32,000 bases of DNA from Delftia acidovorans NBRC 14950 (GCF_001598795.1 NZ_BCZP01000003.1:210001-242000), one strand, 5' to 3'. Positions 1-9,429 are shown, counted from the stretch's first letter. Numbers and translations are program-made. The notes: generated by a model not told the origin, from the sequence alone.

Positions 1-135
1 GAACACCGCATGGGCCTGGGCGGCCAGCGCGATGTCGTCGGTGTACTGGCCCGCGCCCGTGAGGAAGCGGTAGTCCTCCTTGCGCTTGACGGGCTCGCCG
101 ATGTGGGGGAGCTTGGAAAAGTCGGATGCACCCAT
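1..135 (-). CDS. Xanthine dehydrogenase / aerobic CO dehydrogenase family molybdopterin-binding large subunit; first 45 codons only, gene runs off the left edge
   Basis: Minus-strand ATG at 135-133 preceded by AGGAGA. Translation MGASDFSKLPHIGEPVKRKEDYRFLTGAGQYTDDIALAAQAHAVF matches the conserved N-terminus (KRxED.RFLTG.G.Y.DD) of CoxL/XdhA-type subunits. Lies 29 nt downstream of the small-subunit gene. Confidence 0.75.
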   Translation of the reverse strand, partial: MGASDFSKLPHIGEPVKRKEDYRFLTGAGQYTDDIALAAQAHAVF

Positions 136-164
136 GGCTGTCTCCTTGTGGTGACCTGCGGCGC

Positions 165-641
<477 letters not shown>

Positions 642-909
642 CGTGCTGTCTCCTGCCTGTGATCGGCGGTGATCTGGAACGTGGGGGAACGCCGGGAACC
701 TCGCCTGCCATGGTCGCCCTGCCCGCAGGCGCCCGTTCTAGGGTTGACCCGCAAGCCCGGGCCGGGCGGCGCGGATATTCTCAAAATGACACAGTCGTCA
801 CCGCAGCCGCAGCCCGCACCGCTTGCGCCTGCGCGCCCCGGCTTCGACCGTGCCCGCCTGCCAGCCCGTTCGCAATCCCTTGCCAGCCAGCCACAGGAGT
901 TCCCGCCCC

Positions 910-2076
910 ATGTTCGCCCTGAGCCCCGACGCCGCGCAGCCCTGCCCCGCCGATCCGCGCCACCAGCAGGTCGCCCGGGCCCGCAGCCTGGTTTTCGGCG
1001 ATCAGGCGCTGGCCGGTTCACCGCCCGGCATCGCACCCTGGCTGTGGCGCTCCTGGCAGCGCTGCCTGGCGGCAGGCCGCCGCCCGGACGAGCGCGTGGT
1101 CTACGAAGCATTGGGGCCGCATGCGCTGCGCCAGACCCGTGATGGCCATGAGATGCTGCTGCAGGCCGCTCGCCCCGTGATGGCCCAGCTGGTGGGCGCG
1201 GTGGGCGCCATGCACTACTTCAGCCTCCTGACCGATGCACGCGGCACGGTGCTGGAGGTGCAGGGGCCGCTGGAGCGCAGCGACATCCGCGTGCAGGCCA
1301 TTGCCCGCGTGGGCGTGGACCTGTCCGAGCAGGGCGTGGGCACCACGGCCATTGGCGCGGCCCTGGCCGAGCACAGCCCCGTCTGGCTGCACCGGGCCGA
1401 GCATTTCTTCGAGGCCAACCGCCACTACAGCTGCGCGGGTGCGCCGCTGTCCGGCCCGGACGGGAGCTGCCTGGGCATGCTGGACATCACGGGCGTGGAT
1501 GTGCCGGAGCGGCCCGAACTCATGCACCTGGCGCTGCGCTGTGCCCGCGCCATCGAGGACCGGCTGCTGCGCGCCCTGCCCCATGCCCTGCTGCTGCACC
1601 TGAACTGGCCCGGCGGGCCGCTGGGCCAGGAGGGCGAAGGCCTGCTGGCCGTGGACGCCGAAGGGCATGTGGCGGGCAGCAATACCCTGGCCCGCCAGCT
1701 CGTGCCCCAGCCGCTATCGCTGCCGGGCCAGCCGCTGCACTGCAGCGAACTGCTGGCCATGCCCTGGACGGCGCTGGTGGACCATGCACGCCAGCGCCCC
1801 AACGAGCCGCTGCGCCTGCCGCTGTGGTCGGGCCTGCGGCTGCAGGCCCTGGTGCAGCCCGGCCCCCAGCTGCGCCAGCTGCTGCCCGCGCTGGGCACGG
1901 CAGCGCTGGCCACAGCCGCCCAGCCCAGCCCGCTGCGCGCCAGCGAGGGCGTGCTGATCGAGCAGGCACTGCAGGACGCCCAGGGCAATGTGACCCGGGC
2001 CGCCCGCGCGCTGGGCATCAGCCGCGCCACGCTGTACCGCAAACTGGGGGCCCGCAAGCCACACACCACCACTTGA
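910..2076 (+). CDS. Transcriptional regulator with AcoR-like N-terminal GAF-type sensor region and C-terminal Fis-type HTH; no AAA+ sigma-54 module
   Basis: C-terminus ALQDAQGNVTRAARALGISRATLYRKLG is a Fis/HTH_8 motif. The central region (GVGTTAIGAALAE..PVWLHRAEHF....SCAGAPL..PDG...GMLDITG) resembles the GAF part of AcoR-family regulators. At ~388 aa it is too short to include an AAA+ domain. Start chosen at the ATG at 910 (AGGAG about 10 nt upstream); the track ORF begins at 823. Confidence 0.7.
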   Translation: MFALSPDAAQPCPADPRHQQVARARSLVFGDQALAGSPPGIAPWLWRSWQRCLAAGRRPDERVVYEALGPHALRQTRDGHEMLLQAARPVMAQLVGAVGAMHYFSLLTDARGTVLEVQGPLERSDIRVQAIARVGVDLSEQGVGTTAIGAALAEHSPVWLHRAEHFFEANRHYSCAGAPLSGPDGSCLGMLDITGVDVPERPELMHLALRCARAIEDRLLRALPHALLLHLNWPGGPLGQEGEGLLAVDAEGHVAGSNTLARQLVPQPLSLPGQPLHCSELLAMPWTALVDHARQRPNEPLRLPLWSGLRLQALVQPGPQLRQLLPALGTAALATAAQPSPLRASEGVLIEQALQDAQGNVTRAARALGISRATLYRKLGARKPHTTT

Positions 2077-2252
2077 ACGGGACGTTTCCTCGGGTTCACA
2101 CGGATTTCTTTTAGGGGGAGCAGGCCGCCTGTGGCGGTCGGGTCTCCGTAGAATCGACGGCTTTGGTCCATGCGCCGACAAGAGCGCTGCGCGCCGGCCT
2201 ACAGGCTGGCGTACGGCGACGGACCCAATACAGCCTACTTTTTGGAGACACC

Positions 2253-2861
2253 ATGCAGGCTTTGCTCAAATTCTCAAGGGGGGTCGACTGGCTCAACAGC
2301 CTGGTCGGGCGATGGCTTATCTGGCTGATCCTGGCCTCCACGGTCATCAGCGGCATCAATGCCATCGTGCGCAAGGTGTTGCACACCAGCTCGAACGCCT
2401 ACCTCGAAGTGCAGTGGTACCTGTTCGCGGCCTCTTTCCTGCTGGCCGCCGGCTACACGCTGCTGCAGGGCGAGCATGTGAAGGTGGATGTGATCGCCAG
2501 CCGCCTGTCCAAGCGCACGCAGATCTGGATCGACATCTTCGGCTTCGTCTTCTTCCTGACCCCCATGGCGCTGGCCATCCTGTGGTTCGGCACGCCCTTC
2601 GTGATCCAGGCCATGCAGACCGGCGAGATGTCGGGCAACGCAGGCGGCCTGGTGCGCTGGCCCGTCTACCTGATGATCCCCATCGGCTTCGGGCTGCTGC
2701 TGCTGCAGGGCATGTCGGAGCTGATCAAGCGCATCGCTTTCCTGAAGGGCCTGATCGACGATCCCACGGCCAAGAAGGGCGAGAAGACCGCCGAGGAAGA
2801 CCTGGCCGACGCCCTGCGCGGGCTGGCAGGTGCCAAGGACAAAAGCGGGCAAAGCGCCTGA
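2253..2861 (+). CDS. TRAP transporter small permease (DctQ-like), with a hydrophilic C-terminal tail
   Basis: Four hydrophobic helices and typical size. Directly precedes the large permease (17-nt gap). Start at the ATG at 2253 after GGAGA; the track ORF starts at 2163. Confidence 0.85.
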   Translation: MQALLKFSRGVDWLNSLVGRWLIWLILASTVISGINAIVRKVLHTSSNAYLEVQWYLFAASFLLAAGYTLLQGEHVKVDVIASRLSKRTQIWIDIFGFVFFLTPMALAILWFGTPFVIQAMQTGEMSGNAGGLVRWPVYLMIPIGFGLLLLQGMSELIKRIAFLKGLIDDPTAKKGEKTAEEDLADALRGLAGAKDKSGQSA

Positions 2862-2878
2862 TCGGGGAAACAGACATC

Positions 2879-4708
2879 ATGGAATTCGTAATCCACAACC
2901 TGGCCCCGATCATGTTCGCGGGGCTGATACTTTTCCTGCTCGTGGGTTTTCCCGTGGCATTCAGCCTGGGCGCCTGCGGCCTGTTCTTCGCCTTTGTCGG
3001 CATCGAACTGGGCGTGCTGCCCGAAGCCCTGCTGCAGGCCCTTCCGCTGCGCATCTTCGGCATCATGCAGAACGAGACGATGCTGGCCATACCGTTCTTC
3101 ACCCTCATGGGGCTGATACTGGAGCGAAGCGGCATGGCCGAGGACCTGCTGGAGACCGTGGGCCAGCTCTTCGGCCCCGTGCGCGGCGGCGTGGCCTTTG
3201 CGGTGATCTTCGTCGGTGCGCTGCTGGCGGCGACCACGGGCGTGGTCGCGGCATCGGTGATCTCCATGGGCCTGATCTCCCTGCCCATCATGATGCGCTA
3301 CGGCTATGACCGCCGGGTGGCCTCGGGCGTGATCGCGGCCTCCGGCACGCTGGCGCAGATCATTCCGCCATCCCTGGTGCTGATCGTGCTGGCCGACCAG
3401 CTGGGCCGCAGCGTGGGCGACATGTACAAGGGCGCCTTCCTGCCGGGCCTGATGCTGACGGGCTGCTATGCGCTGTTCATCGTCGTGCTGGCCATCTTCA
3501 AGCCCGCCATGGTGCCCGCCCTGCCGCCCGAGGCGCGCACGCTGCGCGAGCCCAATGGCAATTCCGGCCTGCCTTCCACCCTGGTGCTGACGCTGCTGTG
3601 CGTGGCCGCCTCCATCGTGGTGGGACAGTACATGCCCCAGCTGCACACCTGGTGGTCCGGCGAGGTGGTGGAGAAGGTCGCTCTGGACGAGACCATCGTG
3701 GTGTCCATGTGCTTCGGCGTGGCCCTGGCCTTCATCGCCGCCATGTTCAACAAGCTCACGGGCCTGCACCTGCTCAGCCGCATGGCCGAGCGCGTGACCT
3801 TCGTGCTGATCCCGCCGCTGCTGCTGATCTTCCTGGTGCTGGGCACCATCTTCCTGGGCGTTGCAACCCCCACCGAAGGCGGCGCCATGGGCGCGCTGGG
3901 CGCGGCCATCATGGCCTTCGCTCGCGGCCGCCTGAACATGGACCTGCTCAAGCAGGCGCTGATGTCCACCACCAAGCTGTCGTGCTTCGTGATGTTCATC
4001 CTGATCGGCGCGACCATGTTCGGCCTGACCTTCCAGGGCGTGGACGGCCCCAAGTGGGTGGAGGAACTGCTGGTGTCCCTGCCCGGCGGCGAGATCGGCT
4101 TCCTGATCGTGGTCAACATCATGATCTTCGTGCTGGCCTTCTTCCTGGACTTCTTCGAGCTGTCCTTCATCGTCGTGCCGCTGCTGGCCCCCGTGGCCGA
4201 CAAGCTGGGCATCGACCTGGTCTGGTTCGGCGTGCTGCTGGCCGTGAACATGCAGACCTCGTTCATGCACCCGCCCTTCGGCTTCGCGCTGTTCTTCCTG
4301 CGCAGCGTGGCCCCCGCCAAGGCCTACGTGGACAAGGTCACCAAGAAGATGACCGAGCCCGTGACCACCATGCAGATCTATGCAGGTGCCATTCCCTTCG
4401 TGGTGCTGCAGCTGTTCATGGTGGCCCTGATCATCATCTTCCCCGGCATCGTCTCCAGCGGGCTGGACAAGAAGGTGGAGTACGACCTGGACAAGGTGCG
4501 CCAGGAGATGGAGGCATCCATGCCCGAGGCCATCGACTTCAACGACCCCATGTTCAACGGCGACGGCGCGAACCAGTCGCCTGCCCCCGGAGCAACGCCT
4601 GGCGAGCCTTCGGCCCCGGGCAGCGAGGACGATGCACTCAAGGCGCTGCAGGACCAGTTGCAGCGCGAGCAACCGGCCACGCCGGGCGAGAGCAAGTCCG
4701 GCAGCTGA
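2879..4708 (+). CDS. TRAP transporter large permease (DctM-like), long form of 609 aa
   Basis: Poly-topic membrane protein beginning MEFVIHNLAPIMFAGLILFLLVGFPVAFSLG. DctM-like blocks include IPFFTLMG, GGVAFAVIFVGALLAATTG, GTLAQIIPPS and FMHPPFGFALFFL. The in-frame part of the track ORF upstream (2312-2878) overlaps the small permease and is not coding. Confidence 0.9.
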   Translation: MEFVIHNLAPIMFAGLILFLLVGFPVAFSLGACGLFFAFVGIELGVLPEALLQALPLRIFGIMQNETMLAIPFFTLMGLILERSGMAEDLLETVGQLFGPVRGGVAFAVIFVGALLAATTGVVAASVISMGLISLPIMMRYGYDRRVASGVIAASGTLAQIIPPSLVLIVLADQLGRSVGDMYKGAFLPGLMLTGCYALFIVVLAIFKPAMVPALPPEARTLREPNGNSGLPSTLVLTLLCVAASIVVGQYMPQLHTWWSGEVVEKVALDETIVVSMCFGVALAFIAAMFNKLTGLHLLSRMAERVTFVLIPPLLLIFLVLGTIFLGVATPTEGGAMGALGAAIMAFARGRLNMDLLKQALMSTTKLSCFVMFILIGATMFGLTFQGVDGPKWVEELLVSLPGGEIGFLIVVNIMIFVLAFFLDFFELSFIVVPLLAPVADKLGIDLVWFGVLLAVNMQTSFMHPPFGFALFFLRSVAPAKAYVDKVTKKMTEPVTTMQIYAGAIPFVVLQLFMVALIIIFPGIVSSGLDKKVEYDLDKVRQEMEASMPEAIDFNDPMFNGDGANQSPAPGATPGEPSAPGSEDDALKALQDQLQREQPATPGESKSGS

Positions 4709-4734
4709 TCGCAAGCTCCCTCAAGGACAGCAAA

Positions 4735-4760
4735 GGCCCCGCAACCGCGGGGCCTTTTTT
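4735..4760 (+). terminator. Rho-independent terminator downstream of the TRAP permease genes
   Basis: GGCCCCGC-AACC-GCGGGGCC followed by TTTTTT, 27 nt after the stop codon. Confidence 0.85.
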
Positions 4761-4798
4761 CGTTCGGGCCCCGGCGTGCGCCGGTCCCCTGCGCCCAT

Positions 4799-4823
4799 GA
4801 AAAAAGCCGGGCAGTGCCCGGCT
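4799..4823 (-). terminator. Rho-independent terminator of the first TRAP binding-protein gene (minus strand)
   Basis: On the minus strand: AGCCGGGC-ACT-GCCCGGCT followed by TTTTTT, about 30 nt after the stop at 4855-4857. Convergent with the terminator at 4735-4760. Confidence 0.8.
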
Positions 4824-4854
4824 TTCCCGCATGACGCCCGAGGGCGCCGCGACT

Positions 4855-5934
4855 TCACAGCTTTTGCGCCGACATGAAGGCGTCGTAGCGCGCCTCGGCA
4901 AAGCGGAACCACAGCACCTCGTCGCGCTGGAAGTTGCGGTAGTCGCCGTAGATCTTCTTCCACGCAGGATTTTTCTCGGCCAGCTCCGCATAGACCGCCA
5001 TGGTGGTCTTGTAGGAAGCATCGAGCACGGTCTGCGGGAAGGCCAGCACCTTGGCCTTGCTGGCCACCAGTTGCTTGAGCGCGCCGGGATTGCGCGCGTC
5101 GTAGCGGGCCTGGGTGACCACATGGGCCTCGTGCGAGGCGGCCTGCACCATGGCGCGCTGCTCGGGCGTCAGCGCGGCCAGCGCCTTCTGGTTCACGTAG
5201 AACTCGAGGTTCAGGCTGCCTTCCCACCAGCCGGGGTAGTAGTAGAAAGGAGCGACCTTGTTGAATCCCAGCTTGAGGTCGTCATAGGGGCCGATCCATT
5301 CGGCCGCATCGATGGTGCCCTTTTCCAGCGCCTGGTAGATTTCGCCGCCCGGGATGTTCTGGGGCACGCCGCCCATGCGCTCGATGATCCGGCCCGCGAA
5401 GCCGCCGATGCGGAACTTCAGGCCCTTGATGTCCTCGGGTGTCTTCACCTCCTTGCGGAACCAGCCCCCCATCTGGGCGCCCGTGTTGCCGCCCAGGAAG
5501 TTGACGATGCCGTATTCGGCATAGAACTCGCGCATCAGCTTGCCGCCGTTGCCGTCCACGATCCACGCCGTGAGCTGGCGCGAGTTCATGCCGAACGGAA
5601 TGGCGCCGCCAATGGCGAAGGCCTCATTCTTGCCAAAGAAGTAGTAAGGCGCCGTGTGCGCGATCTCCACCGTGCCGTTCTGCACGCCATCGACCACGCC
5701 GAAGGCAGGCATCAGCTCGCCGGCCGCATGCACCGAGACCTCGAACTTGCCGCCCGACATCTCCTTGATCGCCTTGGAGAACACCTCGGCCGAGCCGTAG
5801 ATGGTGTCCAGCGAGCGCGGGAAGCTCGACGCCAGGCGCCAGCGTATTGCCGCCTGCGCGTGAACGGCCGGTGCCGCTGCGGCAGTCAACACACCGGCCA
5901 GACCGGCGTGCTTGAGTGCTTTTCTTCTGTCCAT
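4855..5934 (-). CDS. TRAP transporter substrate-binding protein (DctP superfamily), Tat-type signal peptide; paralogue 1
   Basis: Starts MDRRKALKHAGLAGVLTAAAAPAVHA|Q (twin-arginine motif, AxA cleavage site). Conserved WRLASSFP..LDT, GGWFRKE and PYYYYPGWWEG-like blocks typical of TRAP periplasmic components. AGGAGGA upstream of the ATG at 5934. Confidence 0.9.
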   Translation of the reverse strand: MDRRKALKHAGLAGVLTAAAAPAVHAQAAIRWRLASSFPRSLDTIYGSAEVFSKAIKEMSGGKFEVSVHAAGELMPAFGVVDGVQNGTVEIAHTAPYYFFGKNEAFAIGGAIPFGMNSRQLTAWIVDGNGGKLMREFYAEYGIVNFLGGNTGAQMGGWFRKEVKTPEDIKGLKFRIGGFAGRIIERMGGVPQNIPGGEIYQALEKGTIDAAEWIGPYDDLKLGFNKVAPFYYYPGWWEGSLNLEFYVNQKALAALTPEQRAMVQAASHEAHVVTQARYDARNPGALKQLVASKAKVLAFPQTVLDASYKTTMAVYAELAEKNPAWKKIYGDYRNFQRDEVLWFRFAEARYDAFMSAQKL

Positions 5935-5972
5935 CACTGTCTCCTCCTGGTTCGCTCTGCTTGAGAGCATTC

Positions 5973-6005
5973 AAAAAAGGCCGGACTGCTCTTGGCAGCC
6001 CGGCC
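5973..6005 (-). terminator. Rho-independent terminator on the minus strand, between the two binding-protein genes
   Basis: Minus strand reads GGCCGGGCTGC-CAAGA-GCAGTCCGGCC-TTTTTTG (one mismatch in the stem). Only 38 nt upstream of the paralogue-1 start codon. Confidence 0.6.
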
Positions 6006-6023
6006 CACATACATCATCGGAAC

Positions 6024-6114
6024 AAAAAAGCCCCCACGCTACCCTTGCTGCGCAAGGTCCGCTGCCCCCCAAGGGGGCCGCTTTTTGCCTTGGGGCGGCC
6101 CGGCGGCAAAAAAG
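6024..6114. repeat. Copy A of a ~90-bp structured intergenic repeat
   Basis: AAAAAGCCCCCACGCTACCCTTGCTGCGCAAGGTCCGCTGCCCCCCAAGGGGGCCGCTTTTTGCCTTGGGGCGGCCCGGCGGCAAAAAAG. Near-identical to 7333-7424, with about 9 differences by eye. Contains the hairpins CCTTGC-TGC-GCAAGG and CCCCC..GGGGG. Confidence 0.8.
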
Positions 6115-6216
6115 CCCGCCGTCCCCGCTGCATTTCGCAGAGGGGACGCGGGCTTGGCCTGCAGGCTTGGAAGGCATGGACCGTCCTTGTGCGTGCTGCT
6201 GGCTGGAGATCTGGCC

Positions 6217-7299
6217 TTACAGCTTGGCCGTGGTCATGTAGCTGTTGTAGCGGAACTCCGAGAAGCGCTCCCACAGCAGCTGGTCGCGCTGGAAGGTGCG
6301 CAGGCTCTGGTTGATCTTCTTGAACATGGGCGACTTGGCGTCATGCTCGGCCATGATCTCCATGACGGCCTTGTAGCCGGCGTCCATGAAGTCCTTGGGG
6401 AAGGCCTTGAGCTGGGTCTTGTCGGCCACCAGCTTCTTGAGCGCCACGGGGTTGTTGGCGTCGTACTTGGCCGTCATGTCGCGTGCCGCCACGTTGCAGG
6501 CTGCATCGACCATGGCCTTGTACTCGGGCGACAGGGCCGCATACGCCTTGGTGTTGATGAAGAACTCCAGCTCGGCGCCGCCTTCCCACCAGCCGGGGTA
6601 GTAGTAGTAGGGAGCGACCTTGTTGAAGCCCAGCTTCTGGTCGTCGTAGGGGCCCACGAATTCCACGGCATCCAGCGTGCCCTTTTCAAGCGCCTGGTAG
6701 ACCTCGCCCACGGGCATGTTCTGGGCGACCACGCCAAGCTTGAGCATGGCGTCGCCGAACAGGCCGCCGCCCAGGCGCATCTTCAGGCCCTTGAGATCGG
6801 CCACCGACTTGATTTCCTTGCGGAACCAGCCGCCCATCTGGGTGCCCGTGTTGCCGGCGCTCTGGCTCTTGATGTTGTACTGAGCATAGAACTCGTCCAT
6901 GAGCTTGCGGCCGCCGCCGTGCTCCATCCAGGCATCCATCTGGCGGGCGGTCAGGCCGAAGGGCACGGCGCAGCCGAAGGCGAAGATGTAGTCCTTGCCG
7001 GTGAAGTAATAGGGCGCCGTCAGCGCCATCTCGATGGTGCCGTTCTGGATGCCGTCGACCACGCCGAAGGCGGGCATCAGCTCACCGGCCGCATGCACCG
7101 AGACTTCGAACTTGCCGCCCGACATCGCCTTCAGCGTCTTGGAGAACATTTCGGCCGAGCCGAAGATGGTGTCCAGCGACTTGGGAAAGCTCGCAGCCAG
7201 ACGCCAGCGGATCGCCTCCTGGGCATGGACTGCGGGTGCGGCTCCCACAGCCAGCACGCCAGCGATTCCCGCATGTTTGATGATCGAACGACGGTCCAT
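6217..7299 (-). CDS. TRAP transporter substrate-binding protein (DctP superfamily), Tat-type signal peptide; paralogue 2
   Basis: 360 aa, MDRRSIIKHAGIAGVLAVGAAPAVHA|Q. Collinear with paralogue 1 over its full length, roughly 60% identical by eye. Confidence 0.9.
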   Translation of the reverse strand: MDRRSIIKHAGIAGVLAVGAAPAVHAQEAIRWRLAASFPKSLDTIFGSAEMFSKTLKAMSGGKFEVSVHAAGELMPAFGVVDGIQNGTIEMALTAPYYFTGKDYIFAFGCAVPFGLTARQMDAWMEHGGGRKLMDEFYAQYNIKSQSAGNTGTQMGGWFRKEIKSVADLKGLKMRLGGGLFGDAMLKLGVVAQNMPVGEVYQALEKGTLDAVEFVGPYDDQKLGFNKVAPYYYYPGWWEGGAELEFFINTKAYAALSPEYKAMVDAACNVAARDMTAKYDANNPVALKKLVADKTQLKAFPKDFMDAGYKAVMEIMAEHDAKSPMFKKINQSLRTFQRDQLLWERFSEFRYNSYMTTAKL

Positions 7300-7332
7300 G
7301 AATGTCTCTCCGCGATGTGTTGTGTCAGTCAG

Positions 7333-7424
7333 AAAAAGCCCCTACGCCCCCCTTGCTGCGCAAGGTCCGCGGCCACCCCGAGGGGGCCGCTTTTTGCCTT
7401 GGGGCGACCCGGCGGCAAAAAAAA
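7333..7424. repeat. Copy B of the ~90-bp structured intergenic repeat
   Basis: AAAAAGCCCCTACGCCCCCCTTGCTGCGCAAGGTCCGCGGCCACCCCGAGGGGGCCGCTTTTTGCCTTGGGGCGACCCGGCGGCAAAAAAAA. Lies 34 nt upstream of the paralogue-2 start codon and downstream of dxs. Confidence 0.8.
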
Positions 7425-7548
7425 CGCACGTTCGCACGTGCATTCACACTGTATCAGGTGGTATCGATTCTAAAAACGCCGCAAAGCAAGCGCGGACGGG
7501 GTTTTCCCCCGCGTAGTTCTGCTCGGCTGGCCGGCCGCCCGGCGCCGC

Positions 7549-9429
7549 TCAGGCTACCGCGCGCTCGGGTGCCAGATGGGCGCGCACCGAGGCCTCGATG
7601 CCCGCCGCATCCAGGCCCTGCAGGGCCAGCAGCTTGGCGGGATCGCCGTGCTCGATGAACTCGTCGGGCAGGCCCAGCTGCAGCAGCTGGCGCGTGATGC
7701 CGGCGGCCTGCAGCGACTCGGCCACGGCGCTGCCTGCGCCGCCCATGATGCAGCCCTCTTCCACGGTGACGATGAGCTCGTGCGTGGAGGCCACCTGGCG
7801 CAGCAGTTCCTCGTCCAGCGGCTTGGCCCAGCGCATGTTGACCACGGTGGCGTCCAGCGCCTCGGCCGCAGCCAGGGCCGGGTACAGCAGGGTGCCGAAG
7901 GCCAGGATGGCGACCTGCTTCTTGGCAGACTCGCGGCGCACCTCGCCCTTGCCGAAGGGCAGGCCCTCCAGGCTCTCCAGCGGCGCCACACCCACGCCCG
8001 CGCCACGCGGGTAGCGCACGGCCACGGGATGGTCCTGCTCGTAGGCGGTGGTGAGCAGCTGGCGGCATTCGCGCTCGTCGGCCGGGCAGGCCATGCTCAT
8101 GTGCGGAATGCAGCGCACGAAGGCGATGTCATACGCACCTGCGTGCGTGGCACCATCGGCGCCGACCAGGCCTGCGCGGTCCAGCGCAAAGACCACGGGC
8201 AGCTTTTGCAGCGCCACGTCGTGGATCAACTGGTCGTAGCCGCGCTGCAGGAAGGTCGAATAGATGGCGACCACGGGCTTGAGGCCCTCGCAGGCCATGC
8301 CGGCCGCGAAGGTGACCGCATGCTGCTCGGCAATGCCCACGTCGTAGTAGCGGCCCGGAAAGCGCTTGTGGAACTCCACCATGCCCGAGCCCTCGCGCAT
8401 GGCGGGGGTGATGCCCACCAGGCGCTGGTCCTTGTCCGCCATGTCGCACAGCCAATGGCCGAAGACCTGGGTGAAGGTCTGCTTCGGGGGCGTGGCCGGC
8501 TTGACCAGGCCCACGCTGGGATCGAACTTGCCGGGGCCGTGGTAGGCCACGGGATCGGCCTCGGCCAGCTTGTAGCCCTGGCCCTTCTTGGTGACCACAT
8601 GCAGGAACTGCGGGCCCTTGAGGCTCTTGATGTTCTCCAGCGTGGGGATCAGCGAATCGAGGTCATGCCCGTCGATGGGGCCGATGTAGTTGAAGCCGAA
8701 GTTCTCGAACAGCGTGGCCGGCACGACCATGCCCTTGGCCTGCTGCTCCAGCCGCTTGGCCAGCTCCAGCAGCGGCGGCACCTGCTTGAGCACGCTCTTG
8801 CCCATGTCGCGCGCCTTGGCGTAGAACTGCCCGCTCATGAGCTGGGCCAGGTAGCGGTTGAGCGCGCCCACGGGCGGGCTGATGCTCATGTCGTTGTCGT
8901 TGAGGATGACCAGCAGGTTGGCATCGGTCACGCCGGCGTTGTTCAGCGCCTCGAAGGCCATGCCGGCCGTCATGGCGCCGTCGCCGATGACGGCGATGGC
9001 GCGGCGGTCCTCGCCCTTTTGCTTGGCAGCCAGGGCCATGCCCAGGGCGGCCGAGATGCTGGTGGAGGAGTGCGCCGTGCCGAAGGTGTCGTACGGGCTC
9101 TCGGCGCGCTGCGGAAAGCCCGACAGGCCGCCGAACTGGCGCAGCGAGGCCATGCGCTCGCGCCGGCCCGTGAGGATCTTGTGCGGATAGGTCTGGTGGC
9201 CCACGTCCCAGACCACGCGGTCGTAGGGCGTGTCGAACACCGCATGCAGCGCCACCGTCAGCTCCACCGTCCCCAGGTTGGAACTCAGATGCCCGCCGGT
9301 CTTGGAGACGCTGTCCAGCACATAGGCACGCAGTTGCTGGGCCAGGGTCTTGAGTTCGGCACGCGACAGACGCCTCAGATCCGCGGGATCGTCGATGGTC
9401 TGCAGCAGGGAGTAGGTGTTCGTGGTCAT
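7549..9429 (-). CDS. dxs: 1-deoxy-D-xylulose-5-phosphate synthase
   Basis: 626 aa from the ATG at 9429 ([21 protein letters not shown]...). Dxs hallmarks are [35 protein letters not shown] and the TPP motif [18 protein letters not shown]. The track ORF starts 12 codons upstream. Confidence 0.97.
   Translation of the reverse strand: MTTNTYSLLQTIDDPADLRRLSRAELKTLAQQLRAYVLDSVSKTGGHLSSNLGTVELTVALHAVFDTPYDRVVWDVGHQTYPHKILTGRRERMASLRQFGGLSGFPQRAESPYDTFGTAHSSTSISAALGMALAAKQKGEDRRAIAVIGDGAMTAGMAFEALNNAGVTDANLLVILNDNDMSISPPVGALNRYLAQLMSGQFYAKARDMGKSVLKQVPPLLELAKRLEQQAKGMVVPATLFENFGFNYIGPIDGHDLDSLIPTLENIKSLKGPQFLHVVTKKGQGYKLAEADPVAYHGPGKFDPSVGLVKPATPPKQTFTQVFGHWLCDMADKDQRLVGITPAMREGSGMVEFHKRFPGRYYDVGIAEQHAVTFAAGMACEGLKPVVAIYSTFLQRGYDQLIHDVALQKLPVVFALDRAGLVGADGATHAGAYDIAFVRCIPHMSMACPADERECRQLLTTAYEQDHPVAVRYPRGAGVGVAPLESLEGLPFGKGEVRRESAKKQVAILAFGTLLYPALAAAEALDATVVNMRWAKPLDEELLRQVASTHELIVTVEEGCIMGGAGSAVAESLQAAGITRQLLQLGLPDEFIEHGDPAKLLALQGLDAAGIEASVRAHLAPERAVA

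Noticed and set aside
2312-2878. In-frame N-terminal extensions offered by the ORF track: 2312 for the large permease, 22421 for hemX, and 823, 2163, 12434, 13571, 14803 and 26748 for others.
   Set aside because: The extensions overlap upstream genes or lack ribosome-binding sites. Internal ATGs with Shine-Dalgarno sequences match the expected protein N-termini.
2666-4714. 682-aa minus-strand ORF, and the plus-strand alternate-frame ORF 3598-4800.
   Set aside because: They overlap the TRAP large permease. Their composition is His/Gly/Gln/Arg-dominated, with no membrane or enzyme signature.
5992-7473. 493-aa plus-strand ORF spanning both 90-bp repeats.
   Set aside because: Antisense to TRAP binding-protein paralogue 2. 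It begins and ends inside the intergenic repeats, which explains the repeated peptide strings (..PCCARSAA..GGRFLPWGG..).
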